Positions 38,501 through 49,205 of a DNA stretch of 64,000 nucleotides are shown here, one piece after another. Positions within the stretch are counted from its first letter, which is position 1; each line of letters begins with the position of its first letter. Origin of the DNA: Lama guanicoe (lineage: Eukaryota); NCBI GenBank assembly GCA_013239625.1, contig MU054187.1:19932897-19996896 (forward strand), in the 5' to 3' direction. The notes under the pieces are model-generated. The model was not told where the DNA came from and ran no database searches. It saw only the letters and a program-made list of their open reading frames with translations. The translations under genes and the position numbers were made by a program.

Positions 38501-41069
38501 GGGAGGGAGATAATTAACCAGTCGTGACCTTGAAGACTGCAGAGTTGCTCTGAGCACGAGCCCCTAAAGTATTACATGGATGAAAGTCGTCCCACCGACA
38601 CGTTTACCTTTCCGGTAATTGTGAAATACAAAATAATCAAAATTGTTTGGATCATCTGGGGACACATTTGTTAACATCAGCTAGTGTTACCCTCATTCGC
38701 ACAATCCAATAGGACGGGAATTCTCTTTTCTAAGGACTATCATTTTCTTATTAGGAAAAATGACTTCAAATTTGAGCAACCCCAAATGGAACGGAAGCAT
38801 CCTATTTCAGAGAAGACGCCGTTCATGACCCCCAGACCTGTGAACCCCGGGTTGAAGAAAAAAACCATTTTTAAGAGTTTGGTAATTGGGTGAGAGAGTC
38901 CAGGGGAGGGTGTCTGTGATGGTATTTGCTTGTTGGTGTAAGGACAGGCATAATAGTCCAAGTAATGGTCCAGAATAGGGTATTCCAGCCGGGCGGTATT
39001 TCGTTTATGTAGCTGGATCCTCACTCACACCTATAACTGTGTGAGATGGCATGTGAGCAATGTTGATTTAGAATTACTAAATGATTACTGCAAAAACTAA
39101 AGTATTTCCATCTACTTTAGAGCACTAGGAGCTAATAGGTATTTATGTGACTCACTAACAATTTTCATAATTCTACTTTAATGCTGAAAAATATTTGCAC
39201 ACGTTTAAACAGAATTCCACAGTATTTTAGTATAAATAACAAACCAACAGTTAAAATGCAGACAGATAATAGATTCGTGTGTTCTCTGTACGGTGGGAGA
39301 TTGTTTAGATTTTTGGTTTATTTTGTCCTGCCAACAGTGTTATTAATCATCATTCCTCATTTCCTTCCACTGCTGGGATTTGACAAGGATTTTCTTTCAC
39401 CTTGAAAAACTGCAGCGGAGAGTTTCTTTGCCTTATTCCTGCGGTCTTAACATTTCCTACTGAGTAAAGGTAAATTGCTTTTTAGTCTGGATTCTGTTAT
39501 AGTTTTGAAAAATGATTTTCAAATCACAGATTTGATTCCTCTCTTGGTATTGAAAGATCATCAACAAATACATTTTTACGTTATTTTTCTTTAGTAAGCT
39601 TTATGATGATCTCCCCAGCAACTGGACTAATTCAATAAGCAGCAGACCATAAGACAGTAAGTGGATACACTATTAATTTTTATTGCAAAAGTTTCTTTTA
39701 TGTACTATTTGATCTAAAGAAGTTATTCACATTTTTATGGTGATATGGCAGACTTGGAAAAAAAATCTAACTCTGTAATTCTTATTGATAAAGTCGATAT
39801 TTTTAACTCAGCAGCCCAAGGAATGATGATAATTCACATCCTGAGAACCAGCTCATTAAGTGAAAAGTCTTGTGTGAAAGGGGGAAGGCAAAGGAGGGAT
39901 ATCATAGTTTAGCCACCCAATCAATAGAACACAATCGGGAAGGTTTAACCACAGGGCTGATAGCAGGTTCACAGGAAGAACTTGGTAGATGATTTATTCT
40001 TTTCTTTGTTCACCTTCAAAGTGAGAGGTATAGGCCTGAATTAACTCAAGAGGAGTCTCTTAAAATCACTTTGATTCTGTGATTGCACAAAATTAGAGCT
40101 GAAACAGTGGACCATTAAGACAGAATGGTCAAATTAAAACAAACAAACAAAAAATTGGAAGCAAAACAACAATATGCCTCATTTCCAGAGGGACTGGCAT
40201 TCCACAGACCCTCCTCTCCAAGCCTCGCTGGCTGCGAACTTTCAAGTTGTGCTGATTGATGACTCTCCCATCCCAGCCTCACACAGATTAATCCAGTGCT
40301 CTCAATTCACATTCCCTCGCCTTTGAAATAATGTGTCCTACAGAGACTGGAAGAAGTGATGAGTCCAGGGTACACACTAGGGTGGTATTGATAGCAGAAG
40401 CCTTTACAGAACTATGTTGCATTAACCTAATATTTTTGGAGGACTTACATGTAAACTTCATGGAAATACAAATAAATACAGTCCATACCCACCAGGAGCT
40501 TAAGAAGAGAAATAAGATCTAGTCATAAAAAGATGCATAAAATTAATTGATAATTGTGCCAAAGCTATTTTCAGCCTGTTCAGTGCTACATGCTAAATGG
40601 CTGATGTGGGTGTTTAAAGGTGGAGTGGCTCATTCTGTGCTGATGTGGTCTGGAAAGTTTTATGGACATTCATTTTACTCTTTGAAGATTGTTTAACGTT
40701 AAGCGGTATTAGAACACCAAAGATTATTATCTTTACATCCATGAGGCAGACAGTATATACCAAGGCACTTCAAGAGGAAGACATGATTCAGGGCTAGAGT
40801 CATCCAGAAATTCTTTATGGGGAATGTAAGATATGAGTTCGGTATCTCTCAAAATCTATGGCAGACATGATACTTAATAATGAAGTGTTAGAAACTTTCC
40901 TTTAAAATGAGAAATGAGATGCATATGACCATTGTGACTGTTTCTATTTCACATGAGGCTAGTGATCCTCATAAACGTATTAAGGTAACAAAAAGCAATA
41001 AAGGATGGAGAATGTGAAAGCAATTTACAAAACAGCCAGGTTGCTGATCACTAATCTATAGTAGACACT

Positions 41070-42380
41070 TTTCAAAATGGATTTAATGAGATATAATTGA
41101 CAAACTATACAATTCACCCTGTATTTAAAGTGTACAATTCAGTAGATTTTTTAGTATTAATTGTAGTATACTCACAGTTGGACAACTGTCATCAAAATCT
41201 AATTTTAGATCATTTTCATCAATCAAAAACCATAGTTGGAGGTGGATATTTCTTGGTGGTAGAGCACATGCTTAGCATGCACAGGGTCCTGGGTTCAATC
41301 CCTAATATCTCCACTTAAAAAAAAAATAAAAAACACTGTACTGTTATTTTTTTTTTAAACCCTGTATCCTCAAACACCCCCGTCTTAGGCCTCCACTGAT
41401 ATATTTGTCTCTAGAATTTGCCTAACATTGTTTCATATAAATGGAATCATACAATATGTGGTCTGTTGTGACTGACTCCTTTCACTGGGGGTGATGTTTT
41501 TGAGCTTCATCCATGTTACCGTATAGATTAGCACTTCATTACACTTTGCTTCTTACTGACAGATAATATTCCACTATATAGATAAGCCAAATTTTATCTA
41601 TTAATAAATACATATGTCCATTCATCAGTTAATGGACATGTGGGCAGTTTCCACTTTTTGGTTATTATGAATAATGCTGGTGTATAAACATTCATGTACA
41701 AGTTTCTGTATAGACACACATTTTTATTTCTCTTGGCTGGGAGGAATTGCTGGTTCGTACGGTAACTCTGTGTTTAACCATTTGAGGAACTGCCAGACCG
41801 TTCTCTATACCTACGAGCCGTATGTGATGTTTCCAGTTTCTCTACATCCTCACCAAACACTTGTTTTTATCTGGCTTTTTGATCACAGCCAATCTAGTAG
41901 GTATAAAGTGCTGTCGTGTGGTATTGATTTGCCTACCTCTGATGGCTAATGGTGATTGCACATATATTCATGTGCTTATTTGCTATTTGTATATGATCTC
42001 TGGAGAAATTCCTGTTCAAATTCATTGCCTATTTTTAACTAGGCTATTTATCTTTTTATTGTTGATTTGTGAGAGCTCTTTATATCTTTTGAGCAAGTTC
42101 CTTATCAGACATGTGATTTGCAAATATTTTCTCCTATCCTGTGGGTTGTATTTTTGCTTTCTTGATGGTGTTCCTTAGAGAACAAAAGTTTAAAATTTTT
42201 ATAAAGACCAATTTGTCTACTTTTTATTCTGTTGCTTGCATATCCAAGAATCCATAACCTAATCCAAAGCCACAAAGTTTTACTCTTATATTTTCTCCCA
42301 AGAGGTTTTTATTTTTTTTTTTTGGTGTTTTACCTCTCACATTCAGTTTTATGATCCCTTTTGAGTTAATTTTTGTATAT
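41070..42380 (-). mobile_element. Older LINE-1 3' region (L1MB-like)
   Basis: AAAGTGTACAATTCAG, AAATGGAATCATACAATATGTGGTC, TTTGAGGAACTGCCAGAC, TTTGAGTTAATTTTTGTATATGG. Confidence 0.85.
41238..41333 (+). mobile_element. tRNA-derived SINE (camelid vic-1-like) inserted in L1
   Basis: GTGGTAGAGCACATGCTTAGCATGCACAGGGTCCTGGGTTCAATCCC plus poly-A. Confidence 0.85.
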
Positions 42381-42893
42381 GGAAACCTGTGAATATGTTA
42401 CCTGACCTGGCAGATGTGATTAAGGTTATGAACCTTGAGGTTGGGGGAATATCCTGGATTGTCCAGGTGTGCCCAATCATATCACACGATTCCTTAAACT
42501 CAGATAATCTTTCTGGCTGTGTAATAAAGAGATGACCATGTGAGGTGGACTTGGCACTTCATTGCTGGTTCAGAGATGCCGTGTTCTATGTGCAAGGACT
42601 AGAGGGAGGCCCCCAGGAGCTTGGCGTACTCCCAGATGTTGGCAGCCAGAAGGACATAAGGTCTTCAGTCCTACAACTGCATGGAACTGAATCCTGCCAA
42701 CATTAGAACGAGCAGGATACAGATTCTCCTATAGAGCCTGCAGAAAGGAAGGCAGCCCCATGGACACCTCGATATTAGCCCCGTAAAATCAGTATTAGTC
42801 TTCCGACTATAGATAATAAATCATGAAAATAATAAATTCGTATTGTTTTAAGCCACCAAATGTACAATTACTGCAGCAAAGAAAATGAATACA
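42381..42893 (+). mobile_element. MLT1D/E-like LTR
   Basis: ACCTGTGAATATGTTACCT...GCAGATGTGATTAAGGTT...TTGTTTTAAGCCAC...AATACA. Confidence 0.8.
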
Positions 42894-43594
42894 AATTCCT
42901 ATTAGGTTTTGTAATGGGATCTTCAAAGTTTAAGTCTTTCTTTTCCAATATGGGAAGAATAATCTCTGTCCTCAGATTTGGGCACACTCACTTAATGTTT
43001 AGTTTCATACCATGAATTTCAGTCTTTCTTATTTGTATATTCTGTCAAAGTCTCATACTACTGATGGGAGACTTTGCAGAAATTTCTACTACATTCTCTA
43101 GGAATTCACCTTACGATATATTGAAATAATTAAAAAAATAAGATTTATTTTTTGATAGGGTGTATGACACATTTCCTGGTTATCAGTTATATTTTGCCTT
43201 TGGTTCATGTATATTCTGCTTATTTGAATAACTTAAATTTGCACCATTTAATAAAAGAAAAATCAAAATTTTGTGGTAAAGCCACGTAAATTAGAGCAAG
43301 ATCGCAAATAACAGTGATAATGTTGGTATACACACTACTGAACTGTACTGTCAATCACAAGATCGTAGAGCTGAAAGTGACATTAATCTCTTAAACCTCG
43401 AATGGAGAAGCTGATGCCAGAAAATGCAAAATGTTAAGTGACTTGGATAGGTTTATTTGATCTGTTGTGGTGGACCTTGTATTTAACTCCAGTATTATTT
43501 TTTCCAGCTGAAATCACCATCCACCAAGTATTTCATTCTTTAAGAAAGAGGGTAGAGGAGATATCTGTTTATATCTATTTATGTAAAATTTAGG

Positions 43595-43675
43595 TTTAAA
43601 GTGGATCCCATAAACCCAAGAGTTTAATGAAAGGGCAATATATTAAACTCTTGGGTTTATGGGATCCAATTTAAA
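43595..43675. repeat. Inverted repeat (hairpin): 27-bp perfect arms, 13-nt loop
   Basis: 43602-43628 TGGATCCCATAAACCCAAGAGTTTAAT is the exact reverse complement of 43642-43668; the stem extends a further 6 bp after one mismatch. Confidence 0.97.
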
Positions 43676-45674
43676 AATAATTATAATGTATAATATAATA
43701 GTAAGTTTATTACTTTGTGGCTCAAAGTTTATTTTCTTTTATAAGGGCATGCAACTTTGAAAAACATGCTGAGATTGGTAAATGTTAATAATTGTTAAGA
43801 TAAGTAGTAGGTGCAGTGTGTATTTGTTATACTATTTTCTCGCACTTAAGACTGTTTGAAAATTTCCATAGTTAAAAACAAAGAACACTCTTTATTTCAC
43901 AAGGTTAAACTCTCAGAGGCACGGCAAATTCCATGGAGTTTGAAATTTTGAAATTATAAAAAGGGTATTGAACTTTGTTTGATATTATCATGTCATATTC
44001 TTTGACATGTTTTTGTTGTTGTTTTCTTTTTGGTTTGTGTGTGTGGGTGGGTGTTCTGCATGTCATTCAATCAAAGGCACAATATCAAGAAAGCTTTTCT
44101 ACAAAAATGGGAAAACTGGGCATTTGAATTAGCTGATGGGAGAGGAACACAGAATGCACTAAAACAAGGGAAAGCTAGCGTGAACCTCAATTCAGTATAT
44201 AAACTATATGCAGTTCTAGATATTTGTACATGTAGATGGGTATGGCTGTTTAAATTCTGTTCTCTATTTTAAGTAACTTTCTCTTTTGTGTTTCTGTAAA
44301 GAAAAAAAGACTATAGTAACTTTAACAAAATTGAGCAACTTTACTTTTGCACTTTAAAATGTCTTTAATATTATTTAAGATTATAAATGTGAGGTTAGCT
44401 AAGTTACACTTCTGCAAATTTGAGGGAAATTAGTGGACTAGTGGAAGAGTATTTTGCAATTTAATGGCATTATCATTCGTGACCTCCTTTTCTTCAGCTG
44501 GATAGACCTAAGATAGCAGACTGCAGTGCAGATATGATTTTTATATTTGCTAACAAGTCAGTGACGGGATCCAACTCCAACTGCTTCTGTTTTTGGTGCT
44601 TCTTTACCATTGTGCCCCAGATCACTGCACTGTCAGGGTCAGGCAAAATTTTTCATCTCACCCTCAGATCTGTCACTTTCTAGTCCTCTAAAATGAAATT
44701 CCAAAGGCAATTCTATTTTAACTAGAATGAAAAACATACAGCTTAGGGCTACAATTTTACTTCCCCTCCACAACTGAAAAAATAGTGACTCATTAAAGTA
44801 CCTGTTTTCTTCTAGATAGCTTTTCAATAATATACCCCGACAAAAATTCTAGACTTGTCTATCTGACATTAATGGGAAATACTGATTATCTCTTTTCCTA
44901 CCCCTGATGTCCATGCCATTTATCTGTATATGTCAATTATGGGAGAGGTCTTGGCCTTGACTTTTATTTCATAGAATATTTTTTAAAAATCCAGGGACAA
45001 TGATTAGAATTAGAATCATGTCTTCTCTGAAAAGCTTCTTCCACAACATAGTAGATCTCAGATCCAGTTTTTCTTGATCTGTGGAACAGAAGTTGGTTCT
45101 TAGTGATACCCTGATTTAGCCTGCTTCCTCAGGATCCTGGAATTATAGCTATGTGATTTATTTCTATATGTATGCGAGATAAGATCTGGCCTTTCACTGA
45201 TACATTTTCTTAGTTTAGACCAAGTTCTCCAATCATTTAGTCTTTAAATGCAACTAAAAATAGCCATGTTTACACATCATGTTTCAGACTATCACCAGAT
45301 CATTTAAAACACAATCATTTAAAATGACTTTATTGAAAGGTCCAATATTCCATGATATTAACAATCTTACTCTTTTAGAAAGTGACTAGCTAGGAATATG
45401 GCTTCTGGTTACTTTCCTTCTGAAGACACTTGTTTATCAAAAAGATGATCTTCCATGTGCCAAGTTATGTGAGTACATTTTACTCTTTTGTTCAAAACAG
45501 CAGCCATTTTTCATTATTGAAAATTTATCTTTGGTTCTTAATTTAGGTATGCATTCTTTGTATCATTGACTGTGTTCTCTTTTGTTTCCCTTTATTCAGA
45601 AAGCCATCCGTTCCTTCTTTGTATCTGATAGTTTCCCCAGCAACATGGTTTTGAGTGACCTGTGTTCTGTAGCC

Positions 45675-46364
45675 ATAAAGTTTATACGGAATCATGAAAG
45701 ACCCAGAATTGCCAAAGTAATACTGAAGAAAAAGAACAAAGCTGGAGAAATAACCGTCCCAGACTTCAGGCGATGCTACAGAGCAACAGTAATCAAAATA
45801 GTGTGGTACTGGCACAAACACAGACACATGGATCAATGGAATAGAACGGAGAGCCCAGAAATAAGCCCACACACCTACAGTCAGTTTAATCTTCGACAAA
45901 GGAGGCAAGAACATGCTCGGAGGAAAGACAGTCTCTTCAGCAAGTAGTATTGGGAAAACTGGACAGCAGCATGTAAATCGATGAAGTTAGAACACTCCCT
46001 CACACCATGCACAAAAACAAACTCAAAATGGCTTAAGGACTTAAACATAAGACAAAACACTATAAATGTCCTAAAAGAAAACATAGGCAAAACATTCTCT
46101 GACATAAACCTTAGCAGTGTTCTCCTAGGGCAGTCTACCCAGGCAATAGAAATAAAAACAAAATAAACAAATGGAACATAGTTAAACTTATAAGCTTTTG
46201 CACAGCAAAGGAAACTATAAACAAAACCAAAAGACAACACTTTGAATGGGAGAAAATATTTTCAAATAATGTGCCTGACAAGGACTTAATTTCCAGAATA
46301 TACAAGTAGCTCATATAACTCAATACAAAAAAACCAACAACCCAATTCAAAAATGGACAGAAGA
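45675..46364 (+). mobile_element. Young LINE-1 internal ORF2 fragment with no 3' UTR or poly-A
   Basis: Translation [42 protein letters not shown] and [11 protein letters not shown] are L1 ORF2; homologous, inverted, to ~22075-22497. Confidence 0.92.
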
Positions 46365-47067
46365 GTGGTATATGAGTGCTCTCATTGGAAGGATCTTATT
46401 CTCTGCAAGAGCTACAATTGTAATGTCCCAAAGACTTCAGGATCTATGCAGTCAATTCCATGCCTGCTTTCTGAACTGCCCACTGTTCATTGCTACAGAC
46501 ATTTAAACTACAGTTATGAAGAGCTGAACTCATTAGTTTTCCTCCACACAAATCTTAATGAAAGACACCACCTCTCATATGGTTGCTAATGTTTTGAGAA
46601 GACTGGGTATCATCCAAATGCCTTTTTCTCTATAAACAGCCTGCATGGTCAATCAATCACTGCATCTTTTGAACCCTACCTCCTTAAATGAATCTATTTC
46701 ATTCCATTCCATCTTTTTAGGCCATCATTTACTCATTTTATTGCAACAGCTTCCAATTTAGTTAGCCACTTCTTGCACGGACACAAATGTAGGCACAGAA
46801 TTACTTACATCATACCTAAAACTCCCATGACAGTTTTATCATGATTAAAAAAAAAACTATCATGATAGGAATTCACATTCCTAAAACACAGAATGGCTCC
46901 CCTTGCCCTAAAATTAAAGTTCACACTCCTTACCATTGGTTACAGTTTCCTGTATAATTTTGTTCTAGCTGCCTATTCCAGCTTTGTCTCTGTGTTCTTC
47001 CTCCCCAGAGTTCCCTGCTACAGCTCCCCTGTACCTCTTCCAGTTCCTAGGATAGCATATTCACTAT

Positions 47068-47555
47068 TGTAATAGGGAAGAACAAATCTGACTCCATATT
47101 AGATCTGTTCCTTTGGCTCTGACCCTGTGCTTTGTTTCCTGTGCTTAGTCATGCTGGTTCTGCACCTTTTGTAAAAGAATGTTGCTTGTAGCCCAAAATG
47201 TACAGGATAGGCCATTATCAAGCTTCTGACCTTTAAGGGTATAACAGTTTTTCATTTATACGAAGATAAAAAGTTGCAGACCAGACAGTAACATTTGTCT
47301 TACTGGAGGCTTACAGAAACGTCATGACCTGACCTACACGGACAGCTGCAAGAGCAAAGGATTCTGACACCAAGAAGTTTGCAACAACCAACCACACCCA
47401 CTCCCACTTGGTTAAGGCGGTCCTCTAGGACATTACTCCCCCATCTCCTTGGTCTGCTGGCTTTCCAAATAAAGTCATTATTCCTTGCCCCAACACCTTG
47501 TCTCATGATTTATTGTCCTGTCATGTGGTGAGCAGAATGTTTGGACTCGGTAACC
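47068..47555 (+). mobile_element. ERV1-like solo LTR, copy B (same family as 7627-8127)
   Basis: Shared block CCTGTGCTTAGTCATGCTGGTTCTGCACCTTTTGTAAAAGAATGTTGC; 4-bp TSD CTAT (47064-47067/47556-47559). Confidence 0.9.
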
Positions 47556-47632
47556 CTATTTCAGAGATTTTTGTGCTGCCACTTTTGTTGTCTGATGCAC
47601 TTCTCTCTCTACTCCATTTTTGTTATTCACTC

Positions 47633-48074
47633 TGTATTAGTTAGGGTTTTCCAGAGAAATAGAACCAATAGGAGATTATATATATATATATAATTTATTA
47701 CAAGGAATTGGCTCACATGATCATGGAGGCTGAGAAGTCCCAAGATCTGCAGTCAACAAGCTGGAGACCCAGGAGAACTGATGGTCTAAGTACCAGTCAC
47801 AGTCTGAGTTCAAAGGTAGAGGATGAATGTCCTGGCTCAAAGACAGGCAGAAAGAATGAATTCTCCTCTACTCCATCCTTTGTTTCATTCAGGACTTCAG
47901 TGGACTAGATGAAGCCCATCTACACTGGGGCAGCAATCTGCTTTATTCAATCTACAGATTCAGATGTTAATCCCAACCAGAAACACCCTCACAGACACAC
48001 CAAGAATAATGTTTAACCAAATACCTGGGAGCACTGTGGTCCAGTCAAGCTGACACACAAAAGTAACCGTCACA
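47633..48074 (-). mobile_element. MLT2-type ERVL LTR
   Basis: TGTATTAGTTAGGGTTTTCCAGAGAAATAGAACCAATAGG...CCAGTCAAGCTGACACA...CCGTCACA. Confidence 0.88.
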
Positions 48075-49054
48075 CCCTTCTAGTCTCATTCTGGACACAT
48101 TTTTTTCTCAAGAAAAATTTCTGTGACCCCAATGCCTTATGAGATTGTACTCTTATTTTCTTACCTGCTTCTAAAACAGCCTGTTCAGCCCCCCTCATAG
48201 CACCTCCCACACTGCATCCTCGTTGCCTGCTCACCTGCATCTTGCACAAGTCTTGCTCATCCTTACCTTTTGTAATTCCTAATTTAAGAGTTAGCAATTA
48301 CACTTTGGCACTTAGAAGGTGTTCAATAAATATTCATTGAATGCATGAGCTATTCTATTAACCTTTAACTTGAATCCTTACTAACATTAAAACAATATAA
48401 TTATTTTAGCTTGATTGCTTATATAAAACCAACATTTACTCCTGGCCAATTATGGCTGAATATATATATGTAACAATATTCAACATTCTGGTTTCATTAA
48501 CTTTCCTCGGGGATTTATACACTAAACCTGCTCACTCTGTGGTTTAGATCTTTCACGCTGATTAAAACTGTGGCTACCTTGTTAGAATTCTCTTTGTTGC
48601 TCACCACCAGGGAAAAAGGCATTCAGGCGAGCTGTTTCAAACTAGAAAGCAGCCTATGAAAGGAACAGAGGCTTTGGAATAAAGCAAGGCCGGGTTAGGA
48701 GACTAGTCCTTGGTACTTTCATTCTGCCTTAGTTATTGATTTCTGTGTACGGAGAATCCAGAAAAGTACCTGGCACAAAATAGGTTCAAAATTGTTAGAT
48801 AACTTTGATAAACTACAAAAATTATTTTAGTCAGAGGCTTCTTGTTTAGTAAGTGACAGAAATTATATCCACTTCCAAAGATTTTTGAGACTATAGATGA
48901 ATTAATGTACTCAAATTGAATACAAAGAATATGCAAGATGAAAGTCTCTAATATTTCTTATTTTCATAATATCAGAATATCTGTGAACATGTTTATAAGT
49001 GCAAAACATTGGCTCCATCCTGCAGCCTCCAATTATGCACATTTTCTCCTTTAT

Positions 49055-49205
49055 TTTTAAGCACTTACATGTGCCAGGTACTATCCTAAGTGCTTTACGT
49101 ACATCATTTCATTTCATTTCATTTCACGTTAATAAAGTATAAAAGATTCAACAACTTGCCCAAGTTCACACAGTTGCAAAGCCTAACCTGGCAACTGAGT
49201 TTATC
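49055..49205 (-). mobile_element. MIR with internal (TTTCA)n
   Basis: AGCACTTACATGTGCCAGGTACTATCCTAAGTGCTTTAC...AACTTGCCCAAG. Confidence 0.75.

Larger units (their letters stand above)
46560..48345 (+). mobile_element. L2 LINE 3' region interrupted by two LTRs
   Basis: Pyrimidine-rich L2-like body ending TGGCACTTAGAAGGTGTTCAATAAATATTCATTGAATG. Confidence 0.6.

Noticed and set aside
38850..39020. Resemblance of a second minus-strand frame (SYINEIPPGWNTLF...QLP) to bornavirus matrix protein (recalled IVPGWPTLM...QLP)
   Set aside because: It needs several gaps and overlaps the frame giving the parvovirus-like match. Two incompatible by-eye hits show chance matching is likely; not supportable without a search.
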